A stretch of 64,000 nt of DNA from Protoeuglena noctilucae (Eukaryota): NCBI GenBank assembly GCA_958009085.1, contig OY253689.1, forward strand, positions 1 through 64,000, read 5' to 3'. Position numbers and translations under genes: made by a program. A model generated the notes under the pieces. The model saw only the letters and a program-made list of their open reading frames with translations, had not been told where the DNA came from and made no database searches. Shown here in pieces: positions 1-13,328 of the stretch. The number at the start of each line of letters is the position of its first letter. The stretch's first letter is position 1.

Positions 1-228
1 ACCCTAACCCTAACCCTACCCTAACCCTAACCCTAACCCTAACCCTAACCCTAACCCTAACCCTAACCCTAACCCTAACCCTAACCCTAACCCTAACCCT
101 AACCCTAACCCTAACCCTAACCCTAACCCTAACCCTAACCCTAACCCTAACCCTAACCCAAACCTACCCTAACCCTAACCCTAACCCTAACCTAACTGCC
201 CTGAACCTAACCCTAACCCTAACCCTGA
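1..228 (+). repeat. Telomere, (CCCTAA)n = TTAGGG-type, chromosome left end
   Basis: Tandem CCCTAA from base 1, with a few degenerate units (CCCTA, CCCAAA, CTGCCCTGAA, CCCTGA) at the proximal end. Confidence 0.98.
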
Positions 229-533
229 CCGCACGCTCACCAGCTCGTCTTCACAGGGGTCAGGAGCCGGACGACTCTACTGCGAATCTTGGAGGGACCG
301 CCACGCCTTCCGCCGCCCTAAGTTTGCATATTAGCCGCGAGAGGAGCGTCCTTTGCGGCTATCATCGGCACGTGGCCCGGCTTGCAAGCGTGCGGTCAGG
401 CGGTGCAGCACAAATGGGGGAACGAAGGCTCCTTCGACATCTACCCATCGTTGGTGGCTACTTGAGTTGCGTGATTCAATCGCGGCGCATACATGAGGGC
501 CAGATGCCCGCACGGGATGGTAACCGCCATCCA

Positions 534-3500
534 TCACACGCGGTGCGCCACCCCCTGCGTGGCCAGCTTGAGGGCGTCCAGCCGACGCTTGAGGTCCTCG
601 AGGGTCGTGCCCACGACTCCCCCGCTGGCACGGACGCCCTGAGGACGGGGCGGCGGCGGCGAGAGGTGTGGATGTCGCATCCTGCGCTCGTCATAGCAGC
701 CGATGCAGCAGTGACCCGGCTGAGTGCACTCGCCTGGTTCGAGGCCGCAACGGACGGCAAGGGAGCCTTGTCCACGCTCCCTGCCCCCCACGCCTCCCGG
801 GCCTCACTGGGCGGCCCCCGGCGGTGCGCTGCGTCGGGGGACCCCGCGGCCGAGTCACCGCGGGAGGGGGCGGCTGAGGGGGCCACCGAGGACTGCGGGG
901 AGGGCATTGGGAGGAGGTCACGAATGGACCCCGTGGCCGTGACTGCGAGTCTCACTGCCTCAGAGAGCCCTGGGGGTCGCCTGCCCATGCCCAACGCCCA
1001 TCACCCCCTCCCCCTCGCCTGCGTGGACGCCACAGGGTGCGACTGGAGGGCGGCGACGGCCTCGGCGGAGGGCAGCCCCACGCTGCGTCGGAGCTGGGCG
1101 ATGCGCTCCTGCACCGAGGGGGCCGAGGGGTCCAGGGAGGAGCGGGGCGGGGGGGCGTGGGTGGGGTGCAGGGCGTGGCTGTGGTCGGGGGCGGGGATCT
1201 TGGAGGGGGTGCGCTCGAGCTTCGCAGCGGGGTCGCGAGAGGCGGGGGCGGGGTCGCGGGGGCGCGCGGCGTCCGGGGAGGTGCAGTGGGCGGGGGCGGG
1301 GGGGTCGACCTCTGCAGGGGAAAGGCGGGGGCAGGGGCAACGTCGCCTGTGTTATCAACCCGACCGTTAGTGCGGCGCGGTCGACATGGCAGGGCCTGGC
1401 AAGTCCGGCACTCGCAGGCGTGCATATCGCATGCCGCGTCTCATCAGTCACGCACCGTCTCCCCCCCTCAGGCCGTGCCGCCTCTCTGCAGCCGCTGCGA
1501 GTCCCTTGGCGACGTAGTGCCTCAGCTCCCGCGAGCACTGCGCCAGGAACGGCTCCAGGTCGATGCCCGGGTGCCGCTGCGTGAGGTCGTAGAGGTCGGC
1601 CAGGCCGGCGTGGCTGGTGGCGCGGTCGGAGATCTTGCGGAAGGCCTGGGGGGGAGGGGGGTGCGTGGGGTGAGGGTGAGTGGAGGGTATGGGAATGGAG
1701 CAGTGGGGGCTTTATGGGAGCGATGGGTGCCGTGGATGGGGTGCGTGCGAGCGGGGGAGATGGGTGCGTGTGCACGCAAGGTGAGGCAGGGCTGCGTAGT
1801 GTCACGGCCCCGTCCATGGGATAGCAGGGTAAGCAGTGAGGGTGTCGCTGCTCGGCATGCACTGCATCGCCGTCCTCGCCTGGGAGAGTGCCTTCTGCAG
1901 TGCGGGGTCGGCGCGTCCGCTGCCCTCAGGGGCGTTGGGGTCCAGGGCCGCGAGGGGGAGGGACTCGCGGGGGCCGGCACTCTCACTGCGCAGCTGACGC
2001 TCCAGGGCTGCGAAGGGGGTATGGATGGGGTGGGTCAGGTGACCTCAGAATGCAGATGCAGGTCCAATGCGCGGGTGGATGCGTGTTGCTCTGCTCTGCC
2101 CCCCCTCCCCCCCCCCCCCCCCGCCCCTCACCCCCCGCTGCCTCCGCCGACTGCAGTGCGATCTCCACGTAGGTGTGGATGACGGGGACGGCGTCGGGGC
2201 ATGCGGGGTCCGGCCGTGCGACCCTGGCCACGTGGTCACGTATGGCGCGGCCCTTGATGTTGCAGAGGGTGTGGAGGAGGGTCTTGACGATGCGCAGGGA
2301 CTCGTCGGCGGAGTTGCCGCGCCTGCGAGGGGGGTGGGGTGAGCGGGCAAGCGGTGATGGGGGTGTGGGTGGGAGTAGGGGTGGCAGTGACGCTGGGCAC
2401 AGGGTCTCGTGGCAGGCAGCATGCGAACCGAATACAGAACAGTGCATAGCAATCACATCACCCCCCCCCCCCCTCGCCTGCGTATCTCCTCCACCCCCAG
2501 GGCGTGCAGGAAGGCATGGATGGCCGCCAGCACCGCGTCCAGGTCCAGGGACCCCACCACGCGGCCCATGGCCTTGGCCAGCTTCACCAGGCAGCGCACC
2601 GCGAGCTTCACCACCTCGGCGTCGCGGCCCTGGGGAGGGGGGTGAGGAGGGTCGGCGTGGGGGGAGCGAGGAGGGAAGGGGGGAGCAGTGCGCACAGAGC
2701 TGGGGGGTTTCTGAGCTAGAGTGGCTGGCAGCGTCGCTGTGCTTGTCATCAATACTGCCAAGCAGGATCGCTGCGTCTCTCGCCAAGACCGCCCACCCGC
2801 ATCCCCGCGTCCCTCACCGGGGGCGCGTCCGTGAGCACGGGCGGCTGCAGGAGCATCCCCACGAGGCAGCACACGACGGCGGTCTTGTCCCCGTTCTCCA
2901 GCGACCGCAGCACGAGGACGTTGAGGGCGCGGAGGAGGCCGGGGGCGTCGTCGCCCAGGGATGCCACGGCGGGGGAGGGGAGGAGGTTCAGGGACACGCC
3001 CAGCAGGTCGCGCAGGGTGGGCTCTGGGGGGAAGGGGGGGATGTGAAGAGGTGAGATGAGGAAGGGAAGACTGGGCTACTATGCAATGATAAGAGAAGTA
3101 GACGCATCTGCAACCACGTGCGAGTGTGCATGTCATCGCCCATCACCTTGGACGGCCTGTGCGGTGGCGGGGAACTGGAAGAGCTGCATGAGGGCGTTGA
3201 GGGTGTACTTGCACGCGCGCACGCACGAGGCCATCCCCGCCGCGTCCCCCCGGGCGTGGGCGGCCGTGGCACCCGCGAAGGCGTCGCGCATGGTGGCGGC
3301 GAGGGTGCGGGAGAGGCGGTCGGCGTCGGGGGCGAAGAGGGAGAGCATGGAGGACCTGGGGGAGGAGAGGTGGGGGTGGAGAGAGGTGGAGCGTGGTTGC
3401 AGCAGACGAGGACTGGCCACACGGAGCTGGGCAGAGCAGGGGGAGTGCGACGGCCATCAGTGCATGGCCATGACGAGCAGTCTGCCTCACCTGACTTCCG

Positions 3501-6500
3501 CATCTGCCCCCGCCGCCTCCATGAGCAGCCCGCAGAGGATCTTCATCCCCTCGATGGCCCTGGCCGTGTCCCCCGACTGCACCATGCCCATGCCCAGGGA
3601 CCAGGGGGTCGCCTTCAGCTGCGAGGAGAGAGGATGGGTGCGTGCAGGGATCACGTGTGACGAGTGCAGCGTGGCGCATACATGCTGGAAGTGGCATGCC
3701 AAGCCGTGCAGGGATGCAGTCACTTCAGCACAGCACAGCATGTCATCATCGCCCACCTGCATGCCCTTGTCCCCCACGACGGGCGGAGTGCGCGGCGCAA
3801 CCCTCTCCCCTGCTTGCGTCGCCGTCTGCCCCGCCTCCGCGCCCCACGCCATCCGCGGCGCTGCGGGGGGCGCCTGGGCCGGGGCGGCGAAGAGGGGCGC
3901 GGCAGGGCAGTCCGGCATGGCGCGCATCTCCGCGTCCCCGTCCCTGTCCGCATGCGATTGCACGTGCCCTTGCACGTGCATGTGTGACCCCACTGCACCC
4001 ATGCCCACTGCGTGGCCGTCTGTGCCCTCGTCTCCGTCGACGTCCATGGGCTCAGGGGCAGGCGCAGCGAGGCCAGGCAGCCGCGAGGGGGCGGGCTGCG
4101 TCTGCTTGCGGGGCCGGGCGTCGGCACGAGAGGGGGGCTGCGGGGGGAAAGGAGGGGGAAGAGGGACGTGGCGGAGTGCGACATGCATGTGATAGCAATG
4201 GCTCATCTCAGTTCACCCCTCTCTCCATGCATTAACCCCCCCCCCCCCCCCCCCCCCCTCCCTCTGTCACTCACCTCCTCCCTCACCACCTTGACGTGTT
4301 TGAATTTGTCCTCCAGCACCGATGCCTCCCTCTCCCCCATGGGGCCCAGCGCCTTCCACGCCCCCACGCCCAGGTGCCGGTACGCGGTCCCGCAGCATTG
4401 CACGGCGGCGTTGCGGACGCTGTTGTCGCGCTCCCCCACCGCGCGGGCCACCAGGGGCAACACCCGCGCCCGCGCCATGCAGGGCGGCACCCCCCCCTCG
4501 CGCTCCACCCAGGCTGCCAGCTCCTCCAGCCACGTGACCCGCGTGCGCTTGTTGCCCGTGGACTCGAGGCCCAGGCGGGAGATGTACTCGAGGACGCGGT
4601 CGGGGGGGTACACCTCGCACACTGGGGGGGGGTGGTGGGGGGTGGATGAGGTTGCACGTGCGATGGCGGGGCAGTGGGGTCGGTGCTATGCCCCAGAGAT
4701 GGCAGGGGTAGGGTTGATGATATGGCTTGCATGACAGACACCCGGGCATCTCCGCGTCCCACCCCCTCACCCTGCCTGGCGACGCGCACGTGTGCCTGCC
4801 GGACGCGGTCGAGGTTGTGCCCCGCGCGGTCGACCAGGGTGGGCAGCAGGGCGAGGGCCTCCTGGTCCGAGAGGGGGAGGCGGCGGTCGCGGAGGGCGGC
4901 GAGGATGGCAGAGAGCATGTCCAGCACCTTGAGCAGAGACTGGGGGGGAGCAAGGGGGGTGGATGGTGGTGACGGGCCATGCCAGGTGCAACATCACCCA
5001 TGAATCAAAGGTGATTGTGAGAGATCCATGCCATTGCAACAGCACCCACACGCCGTGCCCTCGCCTGTGTGTTGGGCTCGCAGAGTCGGCATGCGGCCCA
5101 GTAAAGGACCAGGTCCAGGGACCCCGCCACGCAGTCGAACTGAGACAAGGCAGCAGCTGCGATGCGGTCGGCGGCCGCGCAGTGCCTGGGGAAGTCGGGG
5201 CTGAGGAGGTCGGCGACGAGGGAGGGGGAGGCGAAGGGGGCCAGGGAGGGGGCCAGGGACTCCGAGGCGGCCTCGTCCGCGCGGGGGTCGGACCAGGCGG
5301 CGGGGACGCGCACCACGCGGAGGCGGCGGGCGCGGAGGGGCTTGTTGGGGTCGACAGCGACGAAGGCGGGCTCGGGGGCAGACGCGGTGGGTGCAGAGAG
5401 GGTGGCGGCCGCGCTGGCACGCACGCCCCCGGCAGCGGCGGCGGCCAGGGCGGCGGATGCGCGGGGGAGGGCGGTGGTGGAGGCGGAGACGGAGGCGCTG
5501 CGGGAGGGGGCGCCGGCCGCGCGGTCCCTGGGGGCCCCGGTGCGGGTGCGGGTGAGGGCGGGGGCGGTAGCGGCTGTGGGGCCGGGCAGTGCCACCCCCG
5601 CCTTGGCCAGCGCCGCAGTGAGGGCGTCGGCGGCTTCCCGGTTCGCTGGGGACCGCAGCCGCGCCATGGCCTGGCCGAGGGCGTCCGGCGTCACTGCTTG
5701 CGCCACCACGCGTGTCAGGGCCGCCCCCGCCTCCCGTGCCCCGGGTCCCTTGTCAGCAACAGCAGCGGCACAGCAGAGGAGGACGTCGGCGAGGGACGCA
5801 GAACACAGGGAGGCCGCGTGCTGGGGGCACACGAAGAGGGGGAGTGTAGTGTTAGTATGGAAACACCTGCTAGAGTCGAGCGCCATGTGCTGATGAGCAT
5901 TTGCCCATCCCCCCCCCTCGCTCACCTGGGGCAGTGCGGTGGCCAGGAACTCCGCGGCCGCCTGCTTGGCCTCGCCTCCCCCCCTCGTCTGCGCCAGGGC
6001 CGCCTTGAGGTCCCCCACCACCCAGTCCAGGCCGCATGCCTCGGCTGCAGCTGTGAGGAAGGCCGACGCTGCGGCGCGGTTGGGGGCGCGCTTGTCGGCG
6101 AGGATGGGGAGGGCGGCGTCGAGGAGGGAGCGGCCCTCGCGGGCGAGGGGGCGGCCCATGGAGCGGGCCAGCTGGGCGCAGACGTCCAGGGCCTGGGACA
6201 CCAGGTTGCGGTTCGAGTCTGCGGGGGGAAGTGGGGAGAATGAAGTTTAGCGATAACACAGATGCTAAGTTGGCGCACGACTGGCAAGTCGGAAGAGGGT
6301 ATGCTGGACTCGCTGGCCTGCCGCATCAATGACAGTGGCCCCCCCCGCATGTGCAACACCCCCCTCCTCTCTCACCCGTGATGCGTGCCTTGAGTGCCGG
6401 CACCAGCTCCCCCACGTCCGGCCCCACGCGGTGCCCCGTGGCGGCGAGCATCCCCGCCACGGCAGATAGCGCCTCGGCCCGGTCGCTCCACTTCACCGAC

Positions 6501-9500
6501 GCCAGCTGACCCACCAGCTCCGGGGTCACGCGGGCCGACACGTCCGCCCGGGGCGAAGCCGCGTCCAGGCAGGCATCAGCAGCACGCGCCTCCCCTGCAG
6601 CGCCCGTGGACGTCAACCCACCAGTGTTCTGCGCCCCCACGCGTGCCACCCTCCGCGGCTGCCTTGCTGGGTCGTGGGGGCACCGCGCGAACTCCGCCTC
6701 CAGGGCCGCAGCCACGGCCGGCTTGGCGCCCACCATGCCGCGCACGGGGGACCCCAGGGCCTCGTGGAGGGCGCCGAGGAGGCCCACGGCAGCGGCGCGC
6801 ACCGCGGGGGAGGGGGCCTCAAGCTCCGCAGCCGCCCAGGCCACAATGGCGCGGGCATCCAGGCCGGCCGTGCCGAAGTCGCGGAGGGCCCCCGCGGCCC
6901 AGGCGAGGGCCTCGGCGCGGGCCTTGGGGAACTTGGCGTCGTTGGCGGCAGAGCGCACGGCGGCGAGGACGGGGCCCGGGCCCGCAGCCTCGGCCAGGGC
7001 GGTGAGGGCGGCCGCGGCGCGCGGGGCGAGCTTTGCGTCGGAGAGTCGGTCGACGGCGAGGGGGGCGAGGCGGGCGGCGTCGTGGGGGGGGAAAGGGGGG
7101 CCGGGGGCCGCGGCGAGAGCGGCGGCGGCGGCCAGGGCTGCCCCCGCGGCCTCGGCGTTGCGCTCGCGGGCGAGGAAAGCAGCCAAGGCGGCGAGGGCGG
7201 GGGAGGGGGGCAGGGGGGGCTGGCCGGCCTCTGCGGCGGCGCAAATGGCCTCGGCCGCGCCCTGCCGGTCCCTCCAGGAGGCGCTGCCCAGGGCGCTGAG
7301 GGTGGCGGCCGGCAACCCCGCGGCTGCCAGGGCCTCGAGTCCCTCCTCCTCCGAAAGGGGAGAGGGGGCGGGGGGGGCAGAAGGGGCACGCGCGGGGGTC
7401 TTGAGGGCGGGCTTGGCCTTGGATGGGGCCCCGGAGTTGACGCGGGAGGAGACGTTGCGAGGGGGGGCGGTGGACCTGAGAGGGACGAGGGACGTTTGCA
7501 TGTGAGCACCTAGCATAGTACACTTCAAATGAACATGCCCCCATGTGCCATCAGCAGTCCTCCCCACCCTCACCTCGCCGGCATGGCCCTGGCGCTGACG
7601 CGGACGGTGGGCATGGCACGCGGCACGGCTGCCGTCGACGCTGCTGCCACCGCAGTCCGAGTGCCCGCGCCGTCGTTGCCACCGCTCCCTGCCCCCACCC
7701 CCGCCGCCCTGAGCCTCTCCTCCAGGGCCCTGCGCCTGCCCTCGTCCAATGCGGCCAGTCCCTTGTCCAGCACCGCGGCCGTCCCCGCCTTGGCCGCCAG
7801 CGCCGCCATGAGGGCCACGGCCGCGTCGCGGACGGCCGGGTCGGCGTGCTCGGCGCCGGAGGTGGCGGCGGGGAGCAGCGAGGCGTGGCACCGGGACACT
7901 TCCTGCTTGGGGTGGCAGGGCTGGGGGCAAGGGGGGCGGGGCCGGTTGTTATCAGCTGAGAGCGGGAGACATACAGAGTCTGACAAAATACAGATAAATA
8001 AACAAAGCAGGTTAGTCGAGGCACTGTGGTCACATATACACAGCATCCACACTCCTCCTCACCATGGCGACGACGTGGGCGGCCCACTCGAGGGCGGCCC
8101 TGCGCACCCCGGGGTTCTTGTCCCCCCCCACGGCCGCCACCTCCTCGGCCACCTCCGCCACGGACAGGCAGTGGCGGCCTAGCTCCCTCAGCGCCTCCCC
8201 CGCCGCCTCCACCACCGCGGCCTTCTTGTCCCGGGCCTTGGACAGAGACTCCGCCGCCAGAGCACGGGCGTGGGGGCCCAGGCCGCGGCGCAGGGAGCGG
8301 GCGAGGGCGGCGACGGCGCGGAGGGCCTCGGTGACGCAGAGCACGTTACTGTCCCGTTGCATGACGCGTCGCACCTCCCGCGCCACCCCCCCGTAGTCCC
8401 CCGTGGCCAGGCGCGGCGCCGAGGCGGCGTCTGCCAGGGCGGCCATGGCGTCTCGCCTCTCGGACCACTTGGCCTTGGGGTCGAGGCGGGAGGCCCAGGC
8501 GTCGGAGAAGGCGGGGAGGATGTCCACGGGGTCTGAGAGAGACGGGGCGGTGGGGAATCAATCACAGAGTGGGGAGAGCTGCTAAGGGAAGCAGCCGAGA
8601 TCGCAGCAGGACACGGGCAGTTTGCACGAGTAGCCATGCCAACTCTCACCGCTGAGGTCGTAGGGGTCTGCCTCGGGTGCTGCCTCCGCGACCTCAGCCA
8701 CTCCCACCCCCGCCCCCCCGTCCACGTCCATGGCATGGGCATCACCCGCTTCGTCCTCGGCCCCATCCCCCGCAGAGACCCCGGCGTTGGCCTCTGCCAT
8801 GGCCCTCCTCGTCAGTCGCTTGGGCACCGGCTTCCCCGCCGGCGCCTGCTGCAGCCACTCCTCCACGTCACGCTTCATGGCCTCACGCATCTTGTCTGGG
8901 GAGGGAAAGGGAGGCAACGAGTCGATCTCATGGGACACAACGATAGAGGAGGTATTTAATAACAGTCACACTCACGCAACGCTGTCGACCCATGTTCCCT
9001 CACCCATGATGGTGGCGCGCACGGCGTCCCTCCCCACCCACTGCGCCAGCTCCAGGGTCAGCTGCTTGGCCCCGTCGCGGACCTGGGCCACCTTGGCGTC
9101 CAGGATGCCGGGGAGGGCCTGGAGAAGGGGCTTGGGTGGCACCACGGCCGTGCTGCAAGGGGCAGGGGGGGATGAGTGGGGCACAGCATGCAGGTTCGAC
9201 ACAGTCCATGGGGCGCAGCACACACGATCGACAACAGTTGGCATCGCAGGGTAGTCGCCTGCCATTGCGAATACAGAGCAGCGTCTCTTCTCATCCCGCC
9301 CCCTGCCTCACCCGAAGAGAGCCACGGCGTTGACGGCCACGTTAAGGGCAGCCGTGGCCACCTTGGGGGTCTTGTGGGCGAAGGCGCGGGCCACGCCCTC
9401 CACCACGGCGCCTGCTTGGCCGAGCTCCGCCAGCAGCAGGCACACCTCGGAGGCCTTGAGCACGTTGGGGGGGCGTCCCGTCAGGGCCTTGCCCACAATG

Positions 9501-10183
9501 CCTGAGGGACGCGAGGGTGACGGTGCATGAGTGGTGACGAGACAGCACTGAGGCAAAGCGAGAGCGGAGCGGGGCAGCATGTCCGGTATTGGTGCGGCGC
9601 TCGTCTGCGGTGCCTCACCTGTGACGGCGTCCTTGGCGATGCGCGATGCCACGCCCTCGTCTTCGACTTCCAAGAGCGCCACGAGGGCCTCGAGGGCCCG
9701 GAGCTGCGCGGCAGCGTTGGCGTCGCCCACGCCCTGCAAGCGGGGCTCGCGCATCGATCGGCGAAGGAGCGCAGCAGCGGCTTATGTGCAACCGGTTCCA
9801 CCTCATTACCCACCTTGGTCGCCAGCAGCCGCGCGTACTCGTGGAAGGTCGAGTCAGCATTCCCTCCACACCCGCTGCGACAAGAGGGGTGCAGGGCACG
9901 TCCGGCAAGCGCGACGAGGCACGCGCGGGGCAGGGGAGGCGGCATGCGACGCGGGACAGCCCGCAGCGAGCGCAGGGCGCACCCCGCGTGCACGGCCTGG
10001 GATCCTCAAGACTGCCATCGCACACGATCGCCGTTCGCGCGTGTCTGCGCGCCCCACTCGCCTGCTGCACGCCGCCTGGATGTCCTCGTAGGCAGCCACG
10101 CGCACTTTCCAGCTCGCGCTGTCCACCCGCTCCTCCATGGGCAGCTTGCGGGACTCCTCCACCAGCCTCGCATCGTCCGACAT
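534..10183 (-). CDS. MOR1: Microtubule polymerase MOR1/XMAP215/ch-TOG (TOG/HEAT repeats), ~24 exons
   Basis: Spliced N-terminus MSDDARLVEESRKLPMEERVDSASWKVRVAAY...GVGDANAAAQLRALEAL. TOG-start motifs (KWSERRDA, SWRDRQ, KWSDRAEAL) and KARITDSNRNL are present. Plant-MOR1-like C-terminus AFRKISDRATSHAGLADLYDLTQRHPGIDL and GTTLEDLKRRLDALKL. Stop TGA at 534-536. Confidence 0.93.
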
Positions 10184-11000
10184 CGCAAGCGCTGGGCCTT
10201 GGCCCGGGCCAGGTGCGCGACGCGCGGGAAACGCTGCGGTGAAGTGACAGCGGGGGTTCGAAAATCTCCGCGCGACGCGTGGACGGGCGGCTCCGCTGGG
10301 CATGGAGGCAAGATAAATGGATTGATCGCGACTGCGCGGCGTCCCCTCCACCGCTGCCGTCGCAGGTGAGGGCCGCTCGAGGGCCCGTTGTCACCGGCGC
10401 CCCCGCGACGGCTGGCGAATGCGCACCCACCCAAGTCACGCAGCCCCGGTATACAAATCACACGTTGCACGGATTACGATCGCAAGCACCCTCCAGGGCG
10501 CGGAGGGGAGGCGCGTCGGGGCCTCAGCAAGCGCAGGCAGGCCGCCACAATCCACCGACGCTTCGAGAGAGGTAGAATTGCGCTAAATGGTGCACAGGAT
10601 GGCAAAGGAGAGAAACCAGGGCCCGCCGGAAGGGAGGCAGCGGGGGGAACCCCAGGGGGCGCCCTACTGGTCTGGTTCTCAGCCGCTTTGGCAGAATCGC
10701 ACCGACAATTCTCATGAACTCGCACCTTGTCCCTGGAGCGTGCCCCTGCCCGCGTCGGTTCCCGCGTTTCCCACGGGCGGCCCCCGCAGTCCTCCCCGTC
10801 GCGTCGCAGCGCCCCCCCAGCAGAGTTTCCAGAGGCTGGCGGGCCCCGCACTCCCGGTGTCGACTTCGGGATGGGCTTCGTGACAGGGCACGCTAGGGCT
10901 AGGGGCGGGGGCTTCGATGTGGGCCAGTCCCGCCCTGGAGGGCGTCATCGGCGGGCAGCGCAGCCGCGCTGATGGGTGCCTGGCGGCTCGGAACGCAGCG

Positions 11001-13328
11001 ATGGCGCTTGTTAGACCACAATTGCGGATTGGAGGCCCCAACCCGTGTGTGAGGTCCATCATCGCGCGGCCCTGCGGACGGCGCGGGCGCGTCTGGCACG
11101 CCGGCGAGGGTGGAGGGGACTCCGGCGCTGCAGATGCAGGCCGCGTGTTTCTCTTTGCGGGGGTGGGCTTCGCAGCCAGCAAGCTCGTCGGGCTCGCGCG
11201 GGAGGTGGCCATCGCATCCGCGCTCGGCGTCACGCCCCTCGCCGACGTCTACAGCCAGGCAAGGGGCGTGCATGCGTGGGTGCGCATGCTGTGGGGAGCG
11301 CGGGCGTCGACTGAGCAGTGGATGATGCTCCCATGCAGGCGACGGTCCTGCCCAGCGTGGCGGCGGCGCTCCTCGGGGGCGCCAATGGGCCCCTGCACAG
11401 CGCCGTCGCCGCAACCCTGCCGAGTCTTCCGCGACCTCTTTGGCGAGGGTACCTGCTGCGGGTGTCGCTCGTTGCCGCCGCCGTCGGCGCGGCTGCCGCC
11501 TTCGCCCTGGCGTGCGTTGCTGGTGCGTGCTTTGCCTGCGCGTGCTCTGACGGTGCTTGCTGCGGCGTCCAACCCTTCCAATACTTCCGTTGGACCCCGC
11601 AGCACCGGTGATGGGTGCCCTGGCCCCCACCCCCTCGGCCCTGGTGGGACGCAGCACCGCCGGTGCCCTGCTCGCCCTCCTGCTTGCGGCCACGCCCTTC
11701 TCCCTCGCATTCGGCGTCGCGTCGGGGTGCGTGGGACAGAGCATGTCAGTCGGCGCCTGTGCACTGAACTTCAGCACTCACCCTGCACGGATCGCCCACT
11801 GCAGGGCCCTGGCCGTGTTGTCCATGGATGGCGCGTCCTCGTCTGCCCTCGCTGCCCTGGCCCCCGCCATCGCCCCGTCGGTCCCCAATGGCATGGGCAT
11901 GGCGGGTCTGGCTCTGGGGCCGCTGCTGACTTCCACAGTCCCTCGTGACGTGGCCTGCACCTTTGGGCTGGCGGCAGGTGTGGCCCTGGGAACGGCGGCG
12001 CAGTGCGTGGCCGCAGCAGCGCTGTCCCGGCGCCTGACAGGCGGCGGGGACTGTGAGGGAGGCCGCTTTGGGTCGCGTGCCTTTGGGGAGGCGCTGAGGC
12101 GCACCGCGTCGCTAGTGGGCCCTGGGGTGGTGTCGCTGGGCACGCTGCAGCTGGCGACGCTGGCGGACGTCGTCATGGCCGGCAAATTCCCGGGCGCTCC
12201 CGCGGCGCTGGGCTACGCCAACCTGCTGGCCATGGCACCCATCGGGGTGCTGTCCAGGCAAGCTTGAGCTCAAGGGGTGGTGGCAATCTTGGGGTAATGT
12301 TCATTCTAACGTCTCAAGCTGGACCCTTTCTGACCGCAGTGCTCTGCTGGTCCCGGCCCTGCCCGCGCTCTCCCGGGCGCACGCCCGCGGCCCCGGCCCT
12401 TTCCGCGCCTGCCTGGCCTCGCACCTGGGGGCGTCTATCGCGCTCGGCGTCCCCCTCGCTTGCGTGGGGTCCGCCCTGGCACCCGCTGCCGTGCGCGTCC
12501 TCCTGCAGCGGGGCAGCTTCGGCCAGGAGGCCACGGCCCTGGTGACGTCGCTCCTGCAGACGTACCTGGTCGGGTGAGTGGGGATGCGATGCAGGCACTG
12601 CGTCGATGGCCCCGCGTGGCGTGACCATCCCACAGCTACCCGTGTTCGTCCTCTCCGCCCCCAGGGCCCCCGCCTACCTCGCCAGGGACGTCCTGGTGCG
12701 CGCCTGCTACGCGGCAGGGGCGGGGTGGGCACCGCTGGCCGTCAGCGCCCTGGCCGTCGCCGCCAACGTGCCTCTCAACGCTCTGCTTTCCGGCGCCAGC
12801 TACCTCGCCCCGTCCGCAGACCCTAGTGCCGCCCTTGGCCCCGCCGGCCTCGTCCTGGCCACCGTCGCAGTCCACGCCCTCTCGGCTGCAGCGCTCCTGC
12901 TCGCCCTTCAGCCCGGTTTTTGTTGTATGTCGGCCCCACGCATGCTGCGGCTACTGCCGTTTATCATCTCCCGCGCCGCCCTGGCTGTGGTGGCGGCCCC
13001 CGTGGCGGCCGTGGCGATGGGGGCTGCGGTTGGCCTCGGGCTGCCAGTGGTGGCGCATCACCCCGTCCCGCTGGTCCAAGGCTACCTGTGCCTGATACTC
13101 CGACTGGCGGCGGCCCTCGTGGGGGCGACCATTGCACCTGCGCCCATGAAGGGCCTGGGGGCGCTGGCCTTGGCCGGGGCGGTGGGGCTGGCCGCCAGCG
13201 CCGTCGCGCTGGCGCCCCTGCTGCGCGGTCGGGGGGGGGGGGGGGGGCTGGCTGCGGTGGGCGTGATTCGCTTGCACTGCGAGCCGCAGGGCGTGGGCCA
13301 CTGGCGTGTCGTTGTCAGCTTCAATTGA
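11001..13328 (+). CDS. murJ: MurJ/MviN lipid II flippase, cyanobacterial type, probable plastid transit peptide; ~6 exons (start may be 10917)
   Basis: Motifs SKLVGLAREVAIASALG..ADVYSQ|ATVLPSVAAALLGGANGPLHSA, LGYANLLAMAPIGVLS|SALLVPALPALSR, LQRGSF and YLARDVLVRACYA resemble cyanobacterial MurJ (LLGGINGPFHSA; RDVLVRVFYAL). GC-AG introns at 11259-11338 and 12258-12339. Confidence 0.85.

Noticed and set aside
11259..11270. In-frame GT donor at 11268 as an alternative to the GC donor in MurJ
   Set aside because: It would insert ARG into the conserved D.Y..A..lP helix, and its context (GC|GTGCAT) is weaker than CAG|GCAAG.
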